Source: Phoronis australis (Eukaryota > Animalia > Phoronida). Taken from it: DNA of 64,000 nucleotides. The stretch covers positions 1-64,000 of the forward strand of contig NMRA01000451.1 of NCBI GenBank assembly GCA_002633005.1. The letters run 5' to 3'. Below are positions 13,201 through 26,149 of this stretch, piece by piece; position 1 is the stretch's first letter; the number at the start of each line of letters is the position of its first letter. The position numbers and the translations under genes are program-made. Below the pieces are notes generated by a model. That model saw nothing but the letters and a program-made list of their open reading frames with translations, had not been told where the DNA came from and did no database searches.

Positions 13201-13878
13201 CATGGTAAGATTCTCAAGATGATTTCTCATAATTTGGACCTAGAAAGAAGTAAGGCGTTTAGCAACACCGACAGCCCGCTAATATCATTTTGCAGAGAAG
13301 GTGCAGTTGGGAAGAGGAAAGATGCAGATGGACTACATCGAGTGATTGGAAGATGGTTGTGAATGTAGGTCCAGTGGCAATATTCCCGAGCCATATTGTG
13401 ATGACTACTTGGTATTATGGTCAGATGGTACAAATACGGTCATCATAGTAGAACTTACAGAACCATGGAAATCCCGAATACTAGAGTCCAACGAGAGGAA
13501 ATGGTTTAAGTATGCAGCAATTTTCCATGATTGTTCAGTAGCTGGTTGGAAGTGTTTTTGTATGCCAGTTGAGGTAGGATGTAGAGGTTTCATCGAGAGC
13601 AGCATGTGGAGGTTGATGAATTTTCTAGGTATCAGTACAGTGTCGAGAAAGAATTTGATGCAGACAGTGATGAGATCTGCTGAAGTGGCGTGGCCGTGGC
13701 TATAATTACAGCGAGACAACAGGTGGCACTCCAAATGATGTCCGAAGCCTCATTAACATGGGGGACCCGGCATCCGAGATGATTCTAAATTAGGGGTCAA
13801 AATTATCGATGAGGTTGCATTCTAGCTGATGACAACACTTGGAGACGCAGCAAACAACAACAGTGATTCACGTAATTT
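10215..13878 (+). mobile_element. Near-full-length decayed non-LTR retrotransposon, R2-group Hero/NeSL-like (Zn finger - RT - CCHC - RLE)
   Basis: N-terminal CRGCMRTFKN..IHQ finger; RT motifs WLDMANAYGSLPH, GIMTGCTIS, AYVDY, VKYLGK; CGSCGERCTLQHVLSFC knuckle; RLE VIIVELTEPW..ERK..KY..VEVGCRGF; many frameshifts. Confidence 0.88.
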
Positions 13879-16170
13879 TTTAGCTTTATTAGGAAAGATA
13901 CGGAAAGTATAAATTAGTCAGTCGGACAAACAACTGTACGGATTCGCCTGAGCCAATTGTACGGACTCGTCATGAGTAGACTTCTGAAAACTGTACGAAC
14001 ACGTCAGTCACCTTGTTAAGACTTACTAAATTTTTAACCGAAATAGATCGTTTAATTTTATAATTACCAATAGTTGTCGAGCAGTATAGTCGGATAGGTG
14101 AAAAAATGGATGTATTAGCAAATGGTGTTATGAAGTGAGAATACAAATACTAGGCTCGTGCTAGCCGCTCGCCAGCTCGCCATTGGCGAATTCTGAGCAG
14201 CACTGGAGATGGTAGGGATAAGTTCATTCGCGATTTTGGCGAATGCTTTTGCAACTTCACCATAAAAATTATTTCGGGGAAACCTACTCGCGTGTCGACT
14301 CCCATTCAGCTGGAATGAAGTCCCGCAACAAACGACGTTCTTACTTCAATTCCCCTTGAAATTACTCTTTTACCGCAACAAAATGTTTAAAAGTGTAGGG
14401 GCATCATCGCTCCTGGTAATAGCGATATCTCACTTCATATCGAGATCTCGCGTACATGTAGGTTCTGCCGCTTGTCGTCCACAAGTGACAATGTCAAAAC
14501 GACAAATAGAAGACTATCTCGGGAGCAAAGACGACCCAATCTCAGAATTGAGTACGTTTGGAGTCTACTCGAAATGGGACATTAATTACGCTTTTTTGAG
14601 TACGACTCCAGTGAGCATGATTTTGAGTATGAAATCTCGAGTATGAGTATGAGTCTGAGTACGGAGATTGGAGACCGGGCTCCATTCTCTAAGTAAATTG
14701 TTGCACTCGTAGCGTGCTTTAAGCCGGTCCGACGGGTAATTTGTCAATTTTATTTTATAATTCTTAATATTTTATACCTAAAATTGATAAGAACCAAGCG
14801 CAATGACCATTTTTAAGAAGCGTCTGAGCGTGCATCAGACACATTGTCTGGGTGTCCTGCACAGATATTACTCAATGAAGTCATGAATAACGTCACAAAC
14901 GGGAGCAAATTGTAATTTAGAAGTAGATTTCATCTCCAACTGTGACGAAAATACTGAAAAGAGAAGATATGAACCAAAAGCCTGTAGCTGTTGTAAAATG
15001 CAAATTATTCATAAATATATTGCGTGCACGTATAAGAGTCACGCGATCTGCCATCAGCATTGATAAAATATGACAAACTACACAAAACAAGCGGAACAAT
15101 CTGTGTAAACCCGCTTCTTTAAAGAATCCTCAAAAATCAGCGGGCGCATAGGACAAATATTCGCCGGAGTTCAAGTACTTTTCCATATCACGAATCTTGA
15201 TATCATTACGGCGTTTTACAGTTGCTCCCAACTTTTTCGATTCCATACTTCAACAACAAGTTGGGAAAATGACCCCTGTAGACGACTGATTAACTCGATT
15301 CTGGTATTTGTGGTTGGCGGGCCAGCTCTCTTTTGGTCGATCATTGCTCTAATCTCTAATAGCATATTTGAACATAAACCAATAGCATTTGTGAAATCAT
15401 CGTCAAATGGTGATAGTTTTTGAATCGCCGAAGTCGTCCCACTACAACTGAAGTTACGACAATCTATTCTTTCCGAACGTACCAATTCGCTCTAGGTTTG
15501 ACTGTGTTCACTCGTGGTCTGTAATAAGCCTGGTAGTTAACCCATTTATGCCCAGCGTCCCATTTATGGGACACTACAAAAATGGCCTGTCTGTTGTCAT
15601 ACCAGACAAAAGATTGTGCTTGGTAGTTAGTTAAGAAGCTAGATGTTATCACACTCCCACCACCTCTCTACGTCTGCTAAAGTAACTGAACGGGAAAACG
15701 CCGTCATGTAGAAACTAATTGTACAATAACGTACGTTGTATAACAAATATGTATACAACATGTATGTTTTCTTATTAAAAGGATTGCTATTGTGGAGAAA
15801 TTTGCCATCGAATCAGTTTAGAAGCATTTCTTTATACCATAGAAGTAGAGGAACTGGAATACCAATCCGGGATTCTGAGGCAGCTCTCCTAGATAACCAC
15901 GACAACCCGACATCTGACAACTTGCCCCTGAAGGCCCACGCTGTCCAAGTATGGAAGGCCAAGCTACTCGTATGTACTGTACATGTACGGCTATCACCAG
16001 GGATCGGTGTCAGAGTAGAATAACCAGCTTGCCGAGTAATTCTGGCAAGATATCGCCAGGTTTGCTTACACAGTAAACAACCTCCAACCCTGTTCTATAC
16101 CTTGCTTCTATTATTTCAAAACAGACTTGACATGATTTGGTTAATACGGTTTTTGTTCACCTGCGCAATG

Positions 16171-16319
16171 CTAGGAAGAAGATGCTGCGGAACCAGATTT
16201 TTTGGCGCAACGGGCGACCACGCACAAGACAATAAGCACACCAACTCCGGCAATCACATAAATGGCGTAAGTCTTCACGAAAGTGCTATTTAAAGGTTCA
16301 CCAATAGTGTCCGTCGAAT
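16171..16319 (-). CDS. Terminal exon of the microexon gene: juxtamembrane segment, TM helix, short cytoplasmic tail
   Basis: Acceptor tctcttccag; phase 1 reads DSTDTIGEPLNSTFVKTYAIYVIAGVGVLIVLCVVARCAKKSGSAASSS*, a hydrophobic stretch followed by a basic stop-transfer (RCAKK). Confidence 0.85.
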
Positions 16320-16576
16320 CTGGAAGAGACATTTGTATTGAAAAAGCACTCCCAAAACACGTGATACTAAGCATCAGCCAGACTGAGCTCGTCAACAGCG
16401 AAGAGCGTGGGGTAAATGGCGGATTTAGGGCATGGTATGAGTAGGGGTATCGGCGAATTTTGAGTGAACTAGACAGTCTGAAAAAAGTCCGTATAGTTGT
16501 TGTGAAATAAGTTAGAATAATAGCAATGTTTTGCATATCATCTTATTATTTACGAAAATTGTCCACTAGAAGCAAA

Positions 16577-16602
<26 letters not shown>
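16577..16602. repeat. (GT)13 microsatellite
   Basis: Read directly. Confidence 0.95.
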
Positions 16603-16607
<5 letters not shown>

Positions 16608-17252
16608 CACAAGTGAGTCTAAGAGACATTTTCTGAGAGATCACATTGATGCATGTTAAGAGATCACTCTACTTAGTATGCAACTGAGTTTGTTCATCAC
16701 AAGAGAAGATCAGCCAGATTTTTTCTTGCTGTATGCCCATGGTTGAGCGGACAGAAGCAACTTTTAATTGAAGCAACAATTAATGTTTTGTAGAAATACT
16801 CCGTGGACTAGATTATGAAGGTTTTCCATAAAAATTAATAATACCCTTATCTAGAAAAAGCAGCCCACTGAAAACAATGAATAGTGAGAATTCGGGTAGG
16901 ATGAAGTTGACAGGTTGTATTGTCGTGTAATGGTGTGTTTGGGTATAGATGTTTTGTAAAAAAAGCAAATATGGCCTCTGATGGGAAGACAACATTCTCG
17001 CTATGCACTGTGTCCAGCCGTGTCGGGTGTCTAATTGATTTTTGACGATTTTAGAAAGAGCAGATCAGAAACAGTGCCCAAAACAGTGAACTTCCGATTT
17101 ACTGCACCTCGACAACCTCACACCGTTGCTTCCGATTCGCTATTTGTGTTACTTTTTTGATAAAATGTCTTTTAAGGGCGTAAAAAAGTACCAGACCAAG
17201 TCAAATGTGTTGAATGTGCATGTTGTGTGAGCTCCAAAACTTAGTCACTCAC

Positions 17253-17273
17253 CTTCTTCGCCTGAATCGCCAT
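17253..17273 (-). CDS. 21-nt microexon, DGDSGEE
   Basis: ttttcctgcgtttgcag|ATGGCGATTCAGGCGAAGAAG|gtgagt; phase 1-1. Confidence 0.8.
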
Positions 17274-17354
17274 CTGCAAACGCAGGAAAAGCATATCAAA
17301 TATATATACAGAATATAATCATTCGTAAGAAAACCATTATTGACAATTCGTAAC

Positions 17355-17363
17355 CTTTTCCTC
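17355..17363 (-). CDS. Candidate 9-nt microexon, GGK
   Basis: ctccttttcaacatgtttctag|GAGGAAAAG|gttacg; frame-preserving but weak donor. Confidence 0.35.
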
Positions 17364-17623
17364 CTAGAAACATGTTGAAAAGGAGATTGGTACATGTACA
17401 CTGTATGAGTGATTATTTAGGTAAGTTTCTATAACCGTGACAGTTTGCATTTTCGATTTTGGGGTCAAACTAAGAAGATAAAATTTTCACTGAAAAAGGT
17501 TGATGTGAACATTGTTTCATTCCAGGTCCCCTGTTTTTTCGAGTTATCTCAATCTGTTTCATTTCGTCACGAGGCCATATCACGTGTCTTAAATGTCAGT
17601 CAATGTGCACGAAAGTTGCTTAC

Positions 17624-17644
17624 CTCCGGCTTGCTGTCCTGAAC
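17624..17644 (-). CDS. 21-nt repeat microexon, GSGQQAG
   Basis: ttgttttgtag|GTTCAGGACAGCAAGCCGGAG|gtaagc. Confidence 0.85.
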
Positions 17645-18631
17645 CTACAAAACAACGGAGTGTGAATTCAGAGTAACCTTATTGACATTCATGTACATCA
17701 TTTTTGCTCACGGAGGCAGCGATTTAGTTTAATTCCGCAGAAGATGGCTCCGTTAATTTTGACCAGAGCAACATCTGGGCCCAGGTGCATAAACGTTATA
17801 CGTCGTATAGCAACAGTGACATCGCATTATCACGCGTCACGTTATTGTTGTACAATGCACCTGACATCAAGCAACAGTTAAATTATCCAGCGGATAACTT
17901 TGAAGTTTTATGCAACCCATCCCTGCAGAACACACCTAACCTCAAGTCATCAAATAGTTTAAATGTTAAATGTCAACAGTGCCACTTTTTCAAGATCAAG
18001 CAAAAAAGAAACAGACAAAAAGAACCAGAAGCAAAAACGCAAGCAAACCAATGTACCCTCAAATGGTTGTATGTTGATTTGCAGTGAATTTAGGTTCCAA
18101 GACTAGGTGTTTCACACTCAATGACTAAGATCATTTGTCGATTGAATTTTGCATGCTTCAAAAGAAGCCATTTGGCTTATACGTTATGCCAGGCACGCAG
18201 AACCATGGACGTTTGAATGTGGAATTTTGGACAGGTATGAGGAACACTCCCTAAACCCATGTTAAATCAAACCAGTATTCATTGTTGCCGGGAAAAGGAG
18301 TCAAAATAAAGGTAGGCTTGAACTACATGTAACAGACTTAAAGCAGGTCTATGTGGGCAATTGTCGACATCCCAAACGTGTCTGCTCATTCCCAGCCGAT
18401 TCCAACTCTAATATATGAAGTACACTCTGATTTGCAATATCTCCAATTCGCAAAGCGCATTCTGCCAAATTAGCAAACTCAGACAATGATTGTGCTGCAT
18501 TCCAAGTCATAAGTGCCTTTGAGCTGTTTCAAGCCTTTCTTCATATCATGAAGAGTCAGAGTTGCATTGATCAAATGCATCTCCAACTGCTCTTGATTGT
18601 TTGTCCAATTAAAATAGTTTCACTTATTTAC

Positions 18632-18652
18632 CTCCGGCTACCGGCCCTGAAC
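18632..18652 (-). CDS. 21-nt repeat microexon, GSGPVAG
   Basis: cttttgtag|GTTCAGGGCCGGTAGCCGGAG|gtaaat. Confidence 0.85.
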
Positions 18653-19368
18653 CTACAAAAGTAGACTGTGTGAATTTAAGAGCGACATAAGTGACACATA
18701 CATTAAAAACGCTTGAAAGTCGGTTTAAGACCATTTCCATATAAGGTAGCGTGCAATTTTTTAGTTAGAGTTTCCGAATCAACAGAGTGAAGCAAATGTC
18801 CAAGAGCCAACATAACTGTGGCAACAAAATAAGTAAGTCATTTAAATACCTTCTCGGTTGACGTCATCAGAGGAAAGTGGCAATAAAAAACTTGAGACCA
18901 GATTATGTGACAAATGCGGAATAAATGAAATTTGAGAAGAAACATAATGTAATTAAGCCATCACTTTCGGAAACGCAATTGGAGGCGCTGCCAAATTAGT
19001 AGTTCCAGGTAAAGATTGTTTCATTCCAAGTCCAATGTCTTTTCTAGTTTCACCAAGAACAAGACAGACTCGAAAATTCTGAGAAAAAGCTCCGTGTGGC
19101 AAGCCTACAGGTTTATACCATTGGCGACAGAGGTACAACTTGTGTTTATTCTGTTGTATACTTGGATGTTGCAGTGCCGGTCGTACAGTACCTCCCACCT
19201 GCAAAGTGCATTCTGCTAAATTGGCAAACTCAGACAATGATTGCTACTTTCTAAGTAAGGAGCCCCTTTCAGTTGTTTCAAGCCACTCTTTATCACGACG
19301 AGGAAGCGTTGCATTTCTCGAATATATCTGCAACTGCATGTTCAGATTCAAATTGTCAGTGTACTTAC

Positions 19369-19389
19369 CCCCGACTCCCGGCCCTGAAC
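19369..19389 (-). CDS. 21-nt repeat microexon, GSGPGVG
   Basis: tttttgtag|GTTCAGGGCCGGGAGTCGGGG|gtaagt. Confidence 0.85.
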
Positions 19390-19688
19390 CTACAAAAATA
19401 GAGTAAACGAATTAACAATACCTACACGGTTGATGTCGTCAGAGGAAAGTGACAATAAAAAACCTGCGACCACATCATGTGATACATGCATAATACACGA
19501 CATCTGAGAACAAACATCATGTAATTAAGTCGTCACTTTCGGAAACGCAATAGGAGGCGCTACCAAATTAGTAGTCTGGGGTAAAGATCGTTTCATTCCC
19601 AGTATCTTCGAGTTGTCTTAATGTATTCCATTTCACCACGAGTCCATGTTGTGTGTCTTAAATTTCAGTCCAAGTCCACGATGCTTAC

Positions 19689-19709
19689 CTCCGGCTCCCG
19701 GTCTTGAAC
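19689..19709 (-). CDS. 21-nt repeat microexon, GSRPGAG
   Basis: ttttttatag|GTTCAAGACCGGGAGCCGGAG|gtaagc. Confidence 0.85.
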
Positions 19710-20659
19710 CTATAAAAAATGGAGTGTGAATTCAGGGTACCCTTATTGTCATAGACCAATTGTCTGAAGGAGGCGGAGATTTAAGGTTAGTTCCGCAGAA
19801 ATTAGTTCCCTCAGTTTTGTACAAAGCAACATCTGCTGTGGGGCAAAACGTGGGAATGGAACGCAATTACAGATTAAGTAGCAAAGTCATCAAATAATTC
19901 AAATATTAACTGACAAAGAGAACCTGAAGCAAAGAAGCAAACAAACCAATACACCCTCAGATGTTTTTAAGTTGATTGGTAGTGAATTTAGACATTGATA
20001 CTTGATGTTTGACACTCGATGACTCAGCTCATTTGCCAATTGAACTCTGCACGCTGCAAAACTTCAGTACTACAAAAGAAGGTATTTTGCCTATATCCGA
20101 AACGTTCAATCGGTACACTAGCCGATGTGCCTATATTTGGAGGTTTTTGGTTTTTAATTAGTGGAATCTTGGATAGGTAAACGGAGCACTCCCTAAAGCC
20201 ATGTCACATCAAACTTTTACTCATTATGGCATCGAAAACGAGTAATAAACTAGGATTGGACTAAATGTTACATAACCGAAGCAGTTCTCCGAGGACTATG
20301 GTCGGTATCCGAAACGTATCTGTTCGTTTTTACACGACTTCAAATCGTTTCACCAAGGACAAGACAATTTAGAGAATGAGCTTCGTGTGACAGGCCTATA
20401 CCAGGTTTATACCTTGACCTCTTGTATTCTGTACACTCCGATTTGCAGTGCCGGTCGTGCATTATCTCTTACGTGCAAAGCACATTAAAACAAACTTGGA
20501 CAATGAATGATATATTCCAGTTCAGAAGTCCTTTTGAGCTGTTTGAAGCCACTCGTTTCATATTATGACGAGTCAGTGTTGACAGTCTCGATTGTCTCTC
20601 CAACTTCACGTTGTTTTGCTCTTGATTTTTGTTCAATTAACAATGTATCAGTTGCTTAC

Positions 20660-20680
20660 CTCCGGCTCTCGGCCCTGAAC
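20660..20680 (-). CDS. 21-nt repeat microexon, GSGPRAG
   Basis: ttcttttgcag|GTTCAGGGCCGAGAGCCGGAG|gtaagc. Confidence 0.85.
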
Positions 20681-21592
20681 CTGCAAAAGAAGGGAATATG
20701 AAGTCAGGACGATATAAGTGTCAACTCAAACGGTTTACAAGGCGGTTTAAGAATAATTCCATAGGACTTGCAACCTTTTCGTACGTACAAACTACTTCCC
20801 GGCAACAAACACTATAAAACCATTTACACATATTCGGAAAGTGACAATAAAAAACGCAAATACATTACAGTATGTGTTACACATAAAATAAACGACATTC
20901 GATACCAATCATAGTTAAATCGCAACTTTTAGGAACCTTTCAACAACCTACAAAACAAATAGAGTGACATTCAGAATGCACTTGCTTTCAAATGTCCAAG
21001 CGCTAACGTAAGCATGGCAACAAACATAATTAAATCACTTGCATAATCGGTTGACGTTATCAAAAGAAGATGGCAATAAAAGTTTGCGTATGCTATACGT
21101 GATACATGCAGATTAAACGGCATCTGACAGCAAACGCAATTAAATCCCATGTGGCAGAGGCTAGAATAAGCTTGCAATTTTGAGATGGTTAGCAGGCAGT
21201 CGAATTTCCCCATGGCTCATAACCATATAAGCACCATAAAGTTTGGGCACTAGAATTTAGCCGAGCGCAGCCTCCCAACTTCATTGTTTTAAATCCAAAC
21301 GAAATCTGCATGCAGCTCTCTCAGCCCTCCGAAGCCTTATCTTTCATTGAGCCTGTTAAATTGTCCTTGTGAGCGGTGAATTGGCGACAGGATTGCCAAA
21401 ACAAACTCAAAAGCCTGAATTCAAAGAGGTTAAATGGTGAACATGGCGGATTTCAGTTGTGCTTTAACTTGTACGCCTGTCGAAGACTAAAGTTTCGAGT
21501 TTCATCAACCCCTATCTGAAAGCCAGGAATTGTACCCCAAATTTGAATGATTGGGGTTTCTAAAATTAACCATAACGCTTAATCGTCGTGAG

Positions 21593-21634
21593 AGACCGTC
21601 CCGAGTTGGTATGTGGTGCAACTCGGGACGGTCT
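21593..21634. repeat. Perfect 16-bp-stem hairpin, probably a mini-MITE core
   Basis: AGACCGTCCCGAGTTG - 10 nt - CAACTCGGGACGGTCT. Confidence 0.8.
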
Positions 21635-23280
21635 GGGGTCTACAGAAAACCATAGTTCAACTGTGAGTCTACACCACTGTGATAAACGAGAGTAGTTTTA
21701 CTTGCTGCGTCAGCTGATGGTATGCTTATCTCTTTTATGACACACAATGTGCGACTGGGCAAAGCGTTTTCAAAATAATGTGGATAAATCAGTGGAGTGT
21801 GAAACCCCTGAGGTCCCTGTCAAGTCCCCACGGCAATTTTACGTTATGTTACCACTTTGTTGTGTTATTGTTTCTTATGAATTTAATTGAAAGAACAGGC
21901 ATATCCTGTATTTGATCTTGACACGATTACATGTACGTGCTACTCTATTTGGAACAATCGGCTTTTGCCGGAAATTCCCGATGTCTGACCGCACATTTAG
22001 TCGCGGGAAATAGCGTATCGGCAACTGCCGGATTTCAAATTTAGGCCTCTGTTAGTATCCCGCCACCGTGGTTCTTCGGTTATAAACAACGTTGTGTATC
22101 TGTCCTATCCCTTACAGTAAATGCCAAAAAAACATGCAGTTTTCAGCAACTGCATTTGTTGGTTTTCTGAAAATGCCACGGGTCAGCCAGTTTGCGGAAC
22201 GCGTTGTTAGTAAGATGCCATGTCGCTCCAGACATTTATTTTTCGCATACACATTTTTAGTGTTACACCAATACAGCACAGTAGTTGAAATCAGGGTTAA
22301 TTCAACAGTATTTAGCAATGCAAAGAGTTGCTGAGATGTCGGAAATATACTCTTACTAAGGGCGCGCACATTTACTGCACGCCACCAAAACAGACTCACA
22401 CGCACTCTTACCACGAAAAAATAAGGCAGCGTTAATAAGTCATCAGAGGACGTTGCCCAGTCACTTGCATTGGACATTGTCTCTGAAAGATTACCACTTT
22501 TGGTCGGAGTCGTGGTTCCTTGGTAAAAGTGTGCATTAGAATACGAAGATGTTCTTTAACCCCGCTTTAACGTTCAATGCAAATGCATTTACACGTTTGG
22601 ATATGGCAACAGTTCACAAACTCCTGTAAACCATTACCCCTGAAACAAAAAATACTTCTTCCATCTTCGTGGAACCTCCAGACTTTTAGCTTGAATCTTC
22701 AACTAACATATCTTACGATACTGTGATAGTTCAGGCGGTTTGGGTATGTATTACAGTAATGGCTAAATTGCCACACGTAAAAGATGTTGTTACAATTTTT
22801 GCCAGCATTCATGATCCTAATTGGCAAAGTGTTGACATTTTGGGCCTGCACACCACACCACGGTCCGGCACTTGTCGAACATAGAAGAGCTGCAGGATTA
22901 CGTCAACTTACACTGACCACAGTGCAACCTACAATCCAGAGCCATATCATAGCTTGGGATCGATTTTTGCCGGTGATATGGGGAAGAAACGTTGTATACT
23001 CGAGAGCCTGTCCATCAGAAGAGCGAGTGGTACGGTCAAGAGCCGTGACGTGAGTCAGTGCTAACTCTTTCTAAAAATTATGTCATCATGATATGTGTCC
23101 CAAGTCGGTGACTTCATAAAATGACTGCAAAACCACCTAATCATCATTTTGCGAAAAAACACAAACACTGAGTGTCGAAAATGCCTTACATTAAACATTA
23201 TAAGGAGTGCCACTACGTTTATGTTACGGGGAAACCAAAAAGACTGACAGCCTGATCTAATTCCAACGTTCAAGCCTGAG

Positions 23281-26005
23281 GTGAGGCGACGTTCACTTCA
23301 AGACAATAGAAACTTATCGTGTAAGTTAGCATCTTATACATTCACTATTCGCGTTGGACCTGTCCACACTCCCAAACAGGCTGGGATTTTTGCACGCGTT
23401 GCTACAGAGATGAAAAACTACAACATTCGTTTGCTGACACTAACCGAGCTGAGGTTGAACACAGTTGGCCAAATTGAAAAACAGAAAGTAGAGACCTTTC
23501 TTTACTCATGTAAAGAAAATGAGGTTAACCCTTGGAGCATGGCTTTGGACTTTTTCTCAATCAAAACTCCACCAACAGACTATTTGAGTGGAACCCAGTC
23601 TCCGACACAATGGTCACATCAAGATTCGCATCCCGTTACCGGCGGGTAATAGTTACACAATATACGCACCCACCAACACTGGGTGATAACAGGTGATGGG
23701 TTGTCATGACCCGGGTATCGTGAGTGAAAATGGCGACTTCTTCACTTACTTGCGTCTACAACAACCTGGTCAGATATAAGTAGCAAAACTTTCCCTCACA
23801 AGAGAGGTCATAAATTAAACCTGTGCCCTGGTGGAAAGAAAAGAACCATATCAATCACTTTCCCATCCGTAGACATTAGATAAGAGCAATGGAAGATGTC
23901 CGTAGTGTGCAAGGTGCCGATATCGACTCAGACCACTATCTAGTTGTTGCTGCATTGCATGGAAATGTGTCCTCTCATAAAATTAGTGGAAATGGCAGTA
24001 TCTATTTTGTCATAAACAAATTACGAAATGACGACACCAAAACGGAATTTGCACTTCGCAACAGGTTCGCTCAATTACAGCCGATTTCACTACAAAAGAC
24101 TTGTGGACCAACATCAAACACACGTGCATTAGTACATGAAGAAATTCTGGATAAAAGCTCGATAAAGAACAAGAAACCACAGATTACTGATTTCACTTGG
24201 AAAATATAAAGAAACGAAAAGTCCTGCTGTCAACTGAGTCAAGACCTGTCTCTAGCCAACGCACAGAACTCTAAATATAGATGTACAAGAACTGAAACAT
24301 GGTAATATGCGCTTAGAGCTGACTGGAAGCCGCTGCCAAGGGAGACATAATGACATTGTACGCCACCATCAACCAATCGAGTGGCCAATGCTCTATACCC
24401 TTCAAACAACTTCAGGACAAGGTTGGTCTGCTAATCACCAATATTGAAGAGCAACTGGTATTCCAGTGAACTCATTTCAACACCATACTAAAATGGAAAT
24501 GTCCCTTAAATCTTCCAGCATTGCCTGAACCGAGGGAAATCCTCGACATGTGTCATCAAGAACAGGAATATCGGGGAAGCATCCGGCATCGACAATATCT
24601 CAAATGAAGAGGGAAGCGAGTTCTCAGTCAATGCCCTACACACATTGCTCAACGAGATCTAGGAAAAATATGAGACCCCACAAGACTGGACCAAAGGGCT
24701 CTTGGTTGAACTGCCGAACGCAGGCGACCTATTCCAACCTAAAAACTGTCGTAGAAACACTTTTCTGACCACACCAAGCAAAATGCGCATCCAGGTAATG
24801 CTTAACGGAATGAAGGAACCTCTCGACCTTAAACCGATTAGATACCAACAAAAACAGATTTTCCAACAGAACGATCCTTTACTGACCAGATTGATACCCT
24901 GAGGAGGACTGTTGGACAGTCCATCCAATTGAGTTCATCACTCCACCTCAACTTTCTTAATGTCAAGAAACCTTTCGACAGTTTTCGACAGAGAAATGAC
25001 CGGAAAATCCTATATTATGGTGTCCCTAACCAGTTTCTGGATGGAATTATAAAACGCCACGATGAGTTCACATGTCCGGTTATTCACAATGTGGACTCAC
25101 TCAGCCATTCCAGGTTGCAACAGGTGTACGACATGGATGTTTACTGTCACCTTTGTCTTCTTGATTGCTTTTAATTGGGTGACACGCACCGCATTCTCCG
25201 CCCCACCAATTGGTATACAATGGGCATTCACCAGCCGTCTTGGCGATTTAGGGTATACAAATAACCTCTTCTCTTCCTTTTAGCTCAGCGACAGCACGAA
25301 ATTTAACTTAAGACTTGCGTGCTCTCGTTTGGAGCCAAACATCAACGTCGAGAAAACTAAGAAGATGAGCATTTACGAATGGACAAAATGACAGCATCTG
25401 AGTGGATGGGAAAGAGCTAGAAGATGCCCAGTCTTCCACCAATTTGTGTAGACAGCATTATGGGTGCAACGCAGGAAGACGTCAAGGCTCGCATGAAGCA
25501 GAAACGTCAACGACATGCCATGCCGAAACGTCAGCGACATGCCATGCCGAAACCTGTCTGGAAGTCCTCTCCCTGACACCTCAAGATCTTGAACTCAAAT
25601 TTCAAGCCCGTCCTGATTCACGGCTTAACGGCATGATGACTCGATAATCACCAATGTTCAAGTCTTAACAAACAGATGACTGAGTCACTAGTGTGACAAA
25701 ATAGTAAATTAAACCATGTAGAATAAAGCCAGATATGAAGTCACAAAAATCCAGATAAAGAGAAGGAGTGGAGGTGGATTGGTCACACGATACAAAAACC
25801 CAATACAAATTACCACCTAGCTTGCCTTAACTGGGACCCCCAGTGGAAACGTGTAATATTGGAGACGAGCTGTGAATCTGAACTCCTTTCAATTGACAGG
25901 TTTTGAAACGAGATCCGAACAAAGGCTACCAACTAGACTAGATGGAAAGCAATCATGGAGGCCGTATGCACCTGAAGGTGTTTAGAGGCATCAGTCAGGT
26001 AAGTC
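23281..26005 (+). mobile_element. Decayed RTE-clade LINE (APE + RT), antisense within an intron
   Basis: APE fragments EMKNYNIRLLTLTELR and DVRSVQGADIDSDHYLVVA; RT fragments LNFLNVKKPFDS and GIQWAFTSRLGDLGY; RTE-like ending WRWIGHT...WKAIMEAVC with a TCAGTCAGGTAAGTCA tail. Confidence 0.8.
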
Positions 26006-26128
26006 ACTATGTATCGGGAACAGAAAAGAAGGAAATATAAACAGTAACTGATGCATTGTAAGATGTGTAGTTGATCTCGGTGTTCTTGAATACCCTTTGC
26101 CCAATTCACACATGTCTAATTGTTTTAC

Positions 26129-26149
26129 CTCCCGTTCCCGGTCTTGCAC
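26129..26149 (-). CDS. 21-nt repeat microexon, GARPGTG
   Basis: ccgttttgtag|GTGCAAGACCGGGAACGGGAG|gtaaaa. Confidence 0.82.

Noticed and set aside
16320-16536. Upstream part of the 121-aa ORF 16171..16536
   Set aside because: It lies 5' of a good acceptor and is better explained as intron read-through
21780-21840. tRNA gene
   Set aside because: Only a degenerate B-box-like remnant; no cloverleaf
22092-22650. ORFs of 80-121 aa as host exons
   Set aside because: No recognisable motifs and no consistent splice or phase fit
17624-26149. Recurrent ~35-bp motif as a CRISPR-like array
   Set aside because: Spacing is 0.3-5 kb, the intervening sequences are homologous to each other, and the conserved parts are spliceosomal signals
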